A stretch of 64,000 nucleotides of DNA. Source: Podarcis pityusensis (Eukaryota). The notes beneath the pieces are model-generated. The model worked only from the letters and a program-made list of their open reading frames with translations. It did not search any database and was not told the origin of the DNA. The stretch lies in NCBI GenBank assembly GCA_964106645.2, contig OZ067042.1; one strand, written 5' to 3'. The translations under genes and the position numbers were made by a program. Below are positions 34,605 to 46,289 of the stretch, in pieces. Numbering within the stretch: position 1 is the stretch's first letter; each line of letters begins with the position of its first letter.

Positions 34605-36347
34605 GTTTTATAAATAGGTAATTTCTATTGGGCTACCATTTGATACTATGAGTTTGGACTTACTCAGGCATTATTGCAAGGACAAGTGTGAACTTCACCC
34701 ATTTAAAGGTAAATATTACTGACAAAAGTGAATTACTGAGGTACATAGGAATGATCTTCTGTTCAACTATCTGTTTTACTATTACTGGGTTGTTAGTCCC
34801 AGCTTAGAATAGTCTAACATCGAACACAGTCGTTCCTTAAGACAAGACAGGCTGAACTGAAGGAGAACCGACAGCTATATATAAGCAGGCTGAAACTAAC
34901 AGTGGAGAAAAAGCTGGACTTGAGTAAGCTGATCTTACAGGAGACTTGCGTTTACTAGAATATGAACAATCCAGTTCCTCCAATTATGCTTTACTATACG
35001 GTATTGTTATACTATAACTGTCTTTCTATATTATGTAACACCCTTACAAACTGGTTGCATCTATAGCAGCTGTTTGTGATTTATATTCAAAACAAGGGAT
35101 AGAAATCTTATATGCCTTATGCACTTATCTATATAAACCTGGAGGTAACAATTTTTTTAAAAAAAAAGTTAAGATATGTTAAAAATATACATTTTAAAAG
35201 AGTCTTCAAGATACAACTGCTGAAATCAACTTTACATCCCTGGAAAAAGCTCTTAAAGCATGTCTGGAATATGCAAACTTTGGAAGACAGAAGAGTTTCA
35301 CAACCTGGAGCTGAACCACCACTGAGAGCACATCTATAAGTGCCTTTCCTGCTCTAATTTGTCATGTTATGTTCCACTATTATGTTTCTGGGAGCCCCCC
35401 TTTTGCAGATACAACTTTTATTTTGTAATTCTGTCAAGCAAGAAGAAGAAATGTTTACATCTTTGTTCTGGCATTGGAGAAACCAAAGCTAATTACATAC
35501 TGTATCTGTACATGAATTGACAGACAGAATTGAATTCTGCTCCCCCAGTCTGAAAAAATATGTCTCAGATAAGCTGTTCTTCACATAAATAAAAGCTCAG
35601 TTTCAATTGCCCAAGAAAATGTTGCCTTTATTCTGTAAACAATACATTTTATATGTATGATCTTCCCATGTGATATAAAAGATATTTTTAGCATTGTTTC
35701 CATTCAGAGCATTTTCATGTTCACAGTCCAGTGGCTCTAGATTGCATAATCTAGTGTCACACAAAATAAATAAGGTTGCATAATGACTTCTGGTAATATC
35801 AAACACAGTATTTTTTAAAGTTAAGTTAGAAAAGGAAATGCACATTCATTATTATTATAGAAATATCACTGAACTGATATTTACACTACAAGTTATAGTA
35901 TGAAAATGAGAATCCACTATCACACATTTCATTAATCTGTTTCTGTTTCATTAATCTGAAGGGGTCCACTTTGCATTCTCTATATAACCATTATGCAGGC
36001 AGAAAGAGCTCTCCTCAGCTCCTAGTGTTGTCACAGTAAGATATGAAACCAATAAAAGTTCCTGGCAGAAGCTACTCAGAATACCTCTTTTTACATGCCT
36101 TCCATTTATATACACTATACATTTTATTCTAGTAGCCTATTTGTCATACAGCTTACAGAGTATGATAGCATATTTGTCATACAGCTTACAGAGTATGACA
36201 AAAAAACTTATTTCTTTTAAATTTCATAGTTGAGTTGGGGAATGGGGGGAAGAGAGTCAAGTAATTTTTTAGCATGCCCTTAGCTTTAATTTTTTGACAA
36301 AAAATGCATGTGAAAGTCACCCATCAAAACCTATTCACCACAAACTA

Positions 36348-37378
36348 CCGTATTTTTCGTTCTATAGGACGCACCGGCCCATAGGACGCACCTCGTTTTT
36401 TTTGGGGGGGGGGAAATGAATAAAAAAAATTATCCCCCCCCCCCGCCGCGGCTGCCGCCCCAAGCCTCGCGTGCTTCGGGCTGCAGGCTACCGCCCCAAG
36501 CCTCGCGCACTCAGCGGGACCTCCCACCGGGCGCGCGAGGCTTGCAGACACTCGCCCGAAGCACGGGGAGCCCTCCGGAGGGCTCCCCGTGCTTCGGGCG
36601 ACAGGCTGCCGCCCCAAGCCTCGCGCGCTCGGCGGGACCTCCTGCCGGGCGCGCGAGGCTTGCAGACACTCGCCCGAAGCACGGGGAGCCCTCCGGAGGG
36701 CTCCCCGTGCTTCGGGCGACAAGCTGCCGCCCGAAGCCTCGCGCGCTCGGCGGGACCTCCTGCTGGGCGCGCAAGGCTTGCAGACACTCGCCCGAAGCAC
36801 GGGGAGCCCTCCGGAGGGCTCCCCGTGCTTCGGGCGACAAGCTGCCGCCCCAAGCCTCGCGCGCTCGGCGGGACCTCCTGCCGGGCGCGCAAGGCTTGCA
36901 GACACTCGCCCGAAGCACGGGGAGCCCTCCGGAGGGCTCCCCGTGCTTCGGGCGACAGGCTGCCGCCCCAAGCCTTGCGCGCTCGGCGGGACCTCCTGCC
37001 GGGCGCGCAAGGCTTGCAGACACTCGCCCGAAGCACGGGGAGCCCTCCGGAGGGCTCCCCGTGCTTCGGGCGACAGGCTGCTGCCCCAAGCCTCTCGCGC
37101 TCGGCGGGACCTCCTGCCGGGCGCGCAAGGCTTGCGGACACTCGCCGGGGCTGCAGGCTGCTGCCTGCAAGCCTTGTGAGCCCGCGGGAACTCCCACCGG
37201 GCTTGCAAGGCTTGCGGATAGCTTCCTGAAGCCTGGAGAGCGAGAGGGGTCGGTGCGCACCGATGCCTCTCGCTCTCCAGGCTTCAGCGAAAGCCTGCAT
37301 TCGCTCCATAGGACGCACACACATTTCCCCTTCATTTTTGGAGGGGAAAAAGTGCGTCCTATGGAGCGAAAAATACGG
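36348..37378. mobile_element. Tc1/mariner-pogo type MITE (CCGTA ends) with internal 118-bp tandem array
   Basis: TA flanks; 27-bp TIR CCGTATTTTTCG(T/C)TC(T/C)ATAGGACGCAC; 5+ copies of a GC-rich 118-bp unit. Confidence 0.92.
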
Positions 37379-37951
37379 TACCTCCTAAACAGAACTCTTT
37401 CCGAATAGAACACATAGGATATTTTGGGATTCTCCTTTCTGAAAGTGTGGCAGACCTGGTTAAATTAAACCCAGTTTCTGAATTTTTCCCAAATGGAGGA
37501 CTGTGGTTTAATGTGGTTTACTGACAATAATCTTAATTGAGGATCGAACTATTGCTTAAGAGCCTGGCTAGCCAACTGACATCAAACCCATTTGATGCCA
37601 GTTCCCTATTTGACAATCGTCCTCCTAGCGCTGTTTCTCCAGAGAGAGACACCCACTAACAGAGGACTGAAGGAAGTTCTTGCCAGTACCTTTTACACTG
37701 CAGCCCTCAGGACCCCCTGAAAATCTGTTATGAGGGTTGGTGGACTGTCCAGAACAGATTTTCAGGGGGCACTGGGGACTGCAAGAAAGAGGGAGAAATC
37801 AGCAACATATTGCTTTTCCCTCCTCCTCCAATAGTCGACATCTCTCACCAGAACAAAAGCCTTTATAACAGGGCAACAACTGGATACAACCTTTTGGGTT
37901 TCTTTTATTTAGAATTTTGTTATAAATACCATAAATACATGAGATATGGAA

Positions 37952-38028
37952 TAGAGCTGGACGATGGACTGAAGTTCACACCATGATAACAGTTTCATAA
38001 TAATTAGTATGGCAATATATCGCGAATC

Positions 38029-38064
<36 letters not shown>

Positions 38065-38354
38065 GTAAAAAATCATGATATGGGAAGAACTGTGAAGCCG
38101 GTCATCTCTTCTGCCCCTGTTGCTCTGTACTATAAAATATCAGTTGTATCAATACTTAAAGGTAAGTAAAATACTTAAAAGTAAGTAAAAATGTATCAGT
38201 TTCAGACCCCTAAGTAGTAGAAGTTGCTAGGACATTACCCCATTCACCTCTACATAGTTACATCCTTATTTCAAACATAGTGATATATCAGTATAGCACA
38301 ATGTTTAGTGGATAATATATCACAATGTTGAAAACTATGTATCGCCCAGCCCTA
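37952..38354. mobile_element. Degenerate hAT element containing a (TG)n tract
   Basis: TAGAGCTGGACGAT...ATCGCCCAGCCCTA termini; TSD ATATGGAA/ATATGGAG. Confidence 0.7.
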
Positions 38355-39101
38355 ATATGGAGATATATATTTACAGCAGACCCTCCAAGTGTCCCTATTT
38401 TCCAAGAACATCCCTGATTTAGAGAAGCTGTCCTGGTTTCTGATTTGATCCTGGAATGTCCCACTTTTCCTTAAGCTGTCTCTATTTTCATTGGAGAAAT
38501 GTTGGAGGGTATGGAGTTATCCGACCCCCAAGCCGTCTGAAGGCAATCCTATATAGGGAAGTTTGAAATGTTTAATTCTGTTTCTATAGATATTGAAAGC
38601 TGCTCAGAGTGGCTGGTGCAACTCAGTAAGATGTGTGGGGTATAAATAGTAGAATTATCATTATGGAATGGGGTGTCCCTACTTTCATCAGAGAAATGTT
38701 GGAGGGTATGGTACTGTAGTCTACCCTACCCCAGGTGGGAATTCCTAGACATGGAGGATACACACACATACAAACACCTATTCTTTGATGCCAAGGCAGA
38801 ACCATCAAGCAATCATCTTCTCCTCACTACCACACATACCATCATCAAATAACAATCCACACAACAGTATGGAAAATAGATGCCTGCCATAGTAAAATAC
38901 TGTCTGAAGTCATTCTCCTCCTTCGGAAAGGCATTTATACATGCACTTATTCATCCATTCTCATTGCCTTTAAAAAGGACACTTTTTTCTATCCCAACCC
39001 TGATGCCTACCCCTGTAGTGCCAAAACGATCAAGTAGCAGGTGGTGTGAAAGGCCTCTTCCTGAAATCTTGGGAGAGTTGCCTGCCACTCACAGCAATAT
39101 A

Positions 39102-39332
39102 CAGTGGTACCTCAGGTTACATACGCTTCAGGTTACAGGTCAGACTCCGCTAACACAGAAATAGTGCTTCAGGTTAAGAACTTTGCTTCAGGATGAGAAC
39201 AGAAATTGGGCTCCGGCAGCACGGCAGCAGCAGGAGGCCCCATTAGCTAAAGTGGTGCTTCAGGTTAAGAACAGTTTCCGGTTAAGTACAGACCTCCGGA
39301 ACGAATTTAGTACTTAACCTGAGGTACCACTG
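39102..39332. mobile_element. Tigger-derived MITE
   Basis: TA flanks; TIR CAGTGGTACCTCAGGTTA. Confidence 0.9.
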
Positions 39333-41818
39333 TAATATTAGGCTAGATGGGCTTGGTATAAGGCAGCTTCCTATATTCCTATCATGTGAGAGGGCTCAGG
39401 TTTGGACACATCAGCCCTGAACCTGAGCATTCTATACGTTAGGTGCTATGGGTAGTAAGAGACAGTCTATGGAATAGGAAAGGGGAATTTAACCTCATAA
39501 TGTGTATTACCCCCCCACCCCAACTCCAGGGAAAGTAAGTATAATCTGTTAAAGGCATAAGCAGTCTAATTTCCTTATCTTCCCTCCCTCCTATCAGTCC
39601 CCCACCCACCCACGTGAAACTTATCAGGCTGTTGTTTTTGTTTTCTTTGTTTTGCCTTTTAATTTACAAGCTTATATACTTATGGGGGCAACTCTACCAA
39701 GTACGAACTACAACAACCTTCCTTTTGGAGTGGCACCATTTTGATTCCAAACTGATGGGCACTTGGCCCCCTACTCCCCAAAATTGCTATTAAAATAAAT
39801 TATAGAATAGTACCCTATTTCCACATGTACAGTTGCTGGATTTTTTGAAGGCAGAAAATTTTATTAATTTATTTTTTACTCTTCTTAAAGCTTTTAGTAA
39901 CACTCTGAACACCCTTAAGACAAATACTGTTTCTTTGGTCCTTAAGAATTCCAAAGATGCAACAGAATTTTTGTATTTTGACCGGGACCACAAGCTGAAC
40001 AACAAAATTAATTTTAATTGATGAAATAAGCCTTACATCTTACAAATTTATAAACATGGTCAAATATGTCATTAATACCAACTCACTTAAAGCATATCTG
40101 CAAAACAATGGAAGAAGAGTTGGAAAAATCCTAGTCATTTGGTCAACTGTAATTTGAACTTAGCAATTTCTGTATGCCATAATGGGCTGGTGGCTTAAAA
40201 AAAATATTCTGACATCTCAGAATTTTAAATGCTTTTTCCAGTTCCGATGATAAACATGAAATTTATCAGAAAAAGAGTAAACACTCTGAAGTTACTTTCT
40301 CTGGAGTAGTTGAGAATTATTAAAATGAACTTTAATACTTAAGGAATTCTATTTAACTGCACACAGGAGGAAACTGACCCTTCCTGTAGCAAGTAGTGCA
40401 AAAAAAAGAAAACCCTGACCTCTGCTGACCACAAGAGACAGAAGAGATGCAGTGCTCTTTGTCAATAATCCATCTAAAGAGATTAACAAGATGCCAAGCT
40501 TCACTTTTTGGAATTAATTAACATACAAACCACAAATCAAAGCTGCACTAGCCTTATTACAATCTGAAAAGATAGCCACAGATTTAAAAAACCCTACTAT
40601 TAACCAGTTGTTGTAATATTAAATGCCTATAAATAAGCATAAAGATCCCCCCATCAATTAAGAATGGATTTAAGTTAATTGTGTAAGAATAGAAATTTGT
40701 CATTCAGTTTCCACAACTGTACTTTGAAACATAGAGGCATGTGAACCCAGAGAGTAAGTAACAGAGAAGTAAGTAACAAAGACAACCAGGTATCAAGGGA
40801 GTGGATGTCCCAGTGAAGAGAAAGGGTAAGATGCATTTTTTTCCAAACATGGAAACCAGGGTTGTGGGGTGGTTTTTTTGTTTTTGTTTTTTACTTTTCT
40901 TGCTTTGTTACTCTCACCTTTTTTTTTTGTTACACTCGTCTTTTATTCTAGGCACAATGTCAAAAATAGAGCTTTACATGTATTTCCAATTTCAGCAACA
41001 AACTCAGGAAAACACTATGTTGTAACTTAGGATGGGAGCATTAAAAATGAAGTGGAGCCAGAACTATTAGGTCCAAGGCATTTGCCTGAAATATGTTTTT
41101 GTCACTTCTGGTACTTCTTTTTTTCAGCAATTTCTGAAAGGGCAAGATTCAAGGGTAAGATACATTGCCATTCCGTATGAACTCTCACTGATTTCACTAG
41201 CAAGCAGGACAATCAAACCTCAGCAAGGATAATCTCAGTAAACAGTAAATCATTGGGACTTTATACCTATTTTTTTTTTATGTTAAAAGAAGCCATTTTT
41301 ATTTCTACGGAAGGATTTAATCATTAAACTTCTCCTTAATACCTAAATTGTTCCCAAATCCAGTCAAAATATATTGACAAACATCTTAAGTTTTATTAAA
41401 AAGCTGCACCACCATTGAAGATTACATTTTCACAAGGACGTGGGAAGAGGGAGAAGTCTCCTGTTTTAAGATCAGTTGCAATTTTCTCCCTTGCTATTTG
41501 CGATCTCTGCTTTTTCAGACAGCCACAGAAATGCATTCTCTCCCATTTTAAAAAGAGGGAAGGACCATTACACAACCTCCAGAACAACCTCCAGAACAGC
41601 AAATGAAACATGTCTATGTTTGCTCTACAAAGAAGTAAATGGGCAGAAACAGAAATATTCTTGGCTTTAATATGGTCTCTTTCAGCATTTTTTCCAGTCC
41701 ACTCACACCCCAAATGCACCATCCATCTGCTCCTCTGAAATAAATGGCAGGAAGGTAACATCGGTCATTTTGCAAACGCAGCCCCTTGAAGGAAGACAGA
41801 TTTTGTTAATATACTTAC

Positions 41819-42170
41819 GGTGGTGAGTAATTTCTACAATCCTGCTCCATTTTCATGCGTTATGATGTGGACGGCAGAAAAACGAAACCCAAACCTGATC
41901 TGCAAAATACAGCAAGGAAATTCCACCCACACAATCCTGCAACCCCGCTGCAAAGGAGAACACAGACACTACTGACGTCACAGATTCATGAATGGATGTA
42001 TACGGGGCTGTTTTAGGTTTCAGAATACAGCCTGCTGTGGTGTGCTCTGAAAAAGGAGGGGGGAAGAGAAGAGGAGAGTCAGGTGGGACAGCCAATCAGA
42101 ATCAGGCAACAACAGCCTGCCTTTCTTCAGAGGAATCTCATCACAGAGCAGGCAGATGCTACCAATCAAA
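41819..42170 (-). promoter_or_regulatory. MAP3K13: Candidate proximal MAP3K13 promoter and 5' exon
   Basis: Consensus donor CC|GTAAGT at 41819/41818; perfect CRE TGACGTCA at 41973-41980; CCAAT boxes at 42092 and 42162. Confidence 0.6.
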
Positions 42171-44158
42171 CCCCTGCGACACAGCATCAAAGGGTTATGA
42201 TACAGACCCTGCCAGCTGGGAGGGGTGTGGGGCAAGTGGGACCGGATGATAATGAAAACAATGCTGATACGTGAGGTGAATATTAGAACAGCATGTAGAA
42301 AAGCTGCAGAACAGAAAAGCTCTCTCCCTTCATTATATGATGAGTGCATAACAATATCACAGCAAAGCCAGCCATCCGAATAGATCTTGCATGACAAACC
42401 TATCAAATATCTGATATCTGCTATAGGAAACTAGTACATTTATTAACCAGAGACCTACATTACTTCAAGCATACACCGGATCCAGACTTAATCGTGCTTA
42501 GAGAAGGCCCACTGAAATCAATGGGATTTAAGTTAGCGTAACAAACCTCATTGGTTTCAAGGGGAGCTACTCTAAGCATAACTAAGTCTGTATCCAATCC
42601 CAAGTTAATAACTAAACATTATACCCAGATTTGAGGAGTATATAAAAGGAAAATAATATAGGATTGTATGCATAATAAAGGGAACACAGTAAACAATAAA
42701 TATAGAGAAACCTAGAACTTTGTTTTGAAAATGGCGGTTCCTCCCAAAGGAGAACAAAATTTGAAGTGTTAGGTGCAATTTAAAGAACTGTATGAAATTG
42801 GTTGTTACTGTTATTTTTATTTACTGGTATATCCCACCTTTCCTCCAGAATTGTAGAGTTATGCTGGTACAGACCCTAACATTTCACATGGTGTATGTTG
42901 AAAAAGTAAGCTACTGTAATTCTCACCTATTAATATTCTTTCCGTTCTAAATCTAAGGTTCATTCTGGTACCTGATCATTGTTCCAGGCACGGCAACATC
43001 CCATGCCCTCTCTTCAAGCTGTGCATTGATTTGCTCTTCAAGGTAGATAAACCAAGCTGACACTCAGTGCAGCTTCAAAGAGCAAGAGTAAGACATTCCA
43101 ACACTGGATTCTTCTATCTGAAAATAGCCAAATAAAACAAGACTAATAAGATTTTTTAAAAGAACGTTTTGGCTTGAATTGCACCAGGCTCTGCATATAC
43201 TTTTCACATGGTCCTCCAAAGAGAACTGAATCCAAGGGATTCCCTAAATACAACAATATGAAATTCAACAAAATATAACTATGATGTTTACATTATATAA
43301 GATTCTATATACTGTAAACTAGTAAATATATTTTTAAAAAACCTGTCCTCATGCAGCTATGTGAACTGTACAAGCTCAGTGTCTCACTGGCTCTATTCAA
43401 CCATAATTCCAAGCCATATTTTGGAACCACACAACAAAACTTGGGATCATACACTCCCTCCTCCCTCAAATTCCTTCCAGTACTTCCTAGTTCTGTCAAA
43501 AATAGTGTATACATAGTGTGTACAGAAGAAGGAAAGGGCAAGAAAAGGGGATACACAAGCCTAAGGCTTGCTCATGAAACACCAAACAATTAGTATTACA
43601 TCTGAACTGAACCAGTATCTTTATGACTCCCAAACCATCACCATATTTTGAATTAAGAACTTATAGTCCCAGTTTGCATGTGATGCTAAGCCAAACCATG
43701 ACTTAGTAGGAACATGAAAGTTCCCAGAGAGGAGACTGTGGCTGCTTTGCTGCTTCATGGTTTATCTGGAGCACAAAAAGTATAAGCCTGGGTTCTGGCA
43801 ATATGCTACATGAAATCATTGCTTAGCTCACAGTATTGCAAAAGCAGGGACAAAGGAGAAGCAAAGCAACCAGAATCTGCCTTTGGGGAGCCTGTGTGCT
43901 TGTGCTAACTCATGGTTTAGGTCTACATTACATGTGAACCAAATCATAATCAGATTCTTGAAAATGCAGTGTCAGGTTTCAGCTCTGCCATCGCCTCTGG
44001 AGACACCCAGGTCAATTTATAGAGAGGTCCATCAGTACACACTAACTTCTTCTTGTATTTTACCAATCTAGGGCATTCTTCAAAACATGACTCCTGCTTT
44101 AGGCTCTATCAATGAACTTATCAACTGTCATGACAAAATCAAAACATGTAGGACTCTA

Positions 44159-44391
44159 CAGTGGTACCTTGGGTTACGAACTTAATTCGTTCCGGAGGTC
44201 CGTTCTTAACCTGAAACCGTTCTTAACCTGAGGCACGCTTTCACTAATGGGACCTCTCGCTGCCACCACCGCACGATTTCCGTTCTCATCCTGGGGCAAA
44301 GTTTGTAACCCAAGGTACTACTTCCAGGTTAGCGGAGTTTGTAACCCGAAGCGTTTGTAACCCGAAGTGTTTGTAACCCAAGGTACCACTG
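44159..44391. mobile_element. Tigger-derived MITE
   Basis: TA flanks; TIR CAGTGGTACCTTGGGTTAC; internal GTAACCC repeats. Confidence 0.9.
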
Positions 44392-45980
44392 TATTTGACA
44401 TCAGAGGAATGCTGCAACTCAGGAATGATAAGGTACATTCCAGACCTAGGGCAACCTTCTTTCTAGTGGTTAGGCAATCCTTAATATTTGGGTCTGTAAA
44501 ATCCCAAGTTCTGACTACAAAATTTAAAAAAAAAAATGTTATCAAAACTTCTCAAAATAGTGTATTTTCCAACAAATACAATATTTCTCTTAAAAGATAG
44601 TAAATTGTGCTCAAACAAAAACTGATCCACTCATCCAAATGTTTAACAAATGTATAGACAGTTGAAACTCAATGACATATAGAGAGAGAAACAATTAGGT
44701 GACAGGTGAATCAGTCTGCTTTTATTCCAGTTGGGGAGGTGTGTGCTTAACAAGTGCAAGAGTTAAGATACATTAAATTAGGAATGAAGGATTTTATTAT
44801 TTGAACTAAGGAATTAAAATATAACTGAGATAAGAATATCATATACAAGTATCTTGAACAAAGAAAATTATATTCACAATGCGGGGGATTTCGGAATGGT
44901 TCATTATAAAAAGTGTGTTTTTTTCTAAAAAAAATGTTTAGGGATACTCTCATTTTCCTACTCATATTGAAATACTGCTCCTCAAAAAGGCCAAACTTAG
45001 ATTCACAAAATGTTTAGGGATATGTGTACCCCAGCATCCCCCCAGAAAAAAAGCACTGATTATAAATATAAATGTTCTTAAATAATATGACTGAAAAGTT
45101 CTATAAAACAGATGTCCAACCACTGGGAAGAAAAAATTCAATAGCTTTATAAAACATTTGCTAATTTTTCAAGAGAATAAAAATTTAAAGCTTGTACTGC
45201 CAATATTTATTCTTTCTACTATGGTCCCATTGCTAGCTATGGCAGATTGAATTCAGAGTGCATGAGACACTTTTCTCATTCATAGCAGACAATAGGAAAA
45301 CCCACTCACTCACCTCTTCTGCCCTCCACAGGAGTCATTATGTGTATTTACAGATTACTTTAATGTGCATCATTTGCTAGCAGGAAATGGATCTCTCTCT
45401 AGATAAATCTATTGAGTTAAAAACTCAGTATTTTAATTTAAAATACTCACTTTAAACTGCATTGGACTACATAAAACAATGCAAAACTTTTGTTGCAGTG
45501 GATCTCTTCAGTGTGTAAACTTTGTCCCCATCAAGTCTGACTGGTATAACATTTGTACACATTTACTCTAGCCCAGAAGCCTTGGGGAGTTTCTGTCCAA
45601 CTCAGCAAGGTGGGAGGGTTTGTTATTTTAACTGCTGGTTGATAAGGGCTTATCTCTACGTACTCAAAAGGTTGAATTCAACACACTTAAGAGATAGATC
45701 AAAGAACACAAGGTAAGCCCAGGAATTTTACTTCCTTATGCGAAAGCTTTCCACTCTTTTCGCTGCTCAGGGCTTGTACTGCAGTAGTTAGGCTCCACCA
45801 TGCTACCCACACAATTCATAGCCATAGTTTGCTTGGGTTTGGACAGGCATACCGCCGGGTGGTATATAACCACACTCTGGTTCCCAAACTGATCCTGGGC
45901 AATGTATTGATACATCACCCAGGCCTAGCATAGAGTTTAGTTAGCAACCAATGACGCATTCCTTAAGGAAATGAAGATTA

Positions 45981-46289
45981 CCGTATTTTTTGCCCCATAG
46001 GGTGCACCGGCCCATAAGGCGCACCTAGTTCGGGGGGGGGTGGGGGAATAAAGAAAAAAATTCCGGGGTGCTTCGGGGTGCAGGCAGCTCTCTGCAAGCC
46101 TTGGGAGACCGGCTCCCAAGGCTTGCGGATAGCTTCCTGAAGCCTGGAGAGTGAGAGGGGTCGGTGCGCATCGACCCCTCTCCCTTTCCAGGCTTCAGCG
46201 AAAGCCTGCATTCACCCCATAGGACGCACACACATTTCCCCTTCATTTTTGGAGGGGAAAAAGTGCGTCCTATATGGTGAAAACTACGG
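45981..46289. mobile_element. Short copy of the same CCGTA MITE family, without the array
   Basis: TA flanks, CCGTA termini; last ~170 bp closely match 37205-37378. Confidence 0.9.

Noticed and set aside
36136-36200. ~33-bp direct duplication
   Set aside because: Ordinary slippage duplication with no sign of function.
36345-37413. Six long overlapping ORFs and a CRISPR-like look
   Set aside because: The ORFs come from a stop-poor GC-rich tandem repeat. Inter-palindrome segments are near-identical rather than unique spacers, there are no cas genes, and the DNA is vertebrate.
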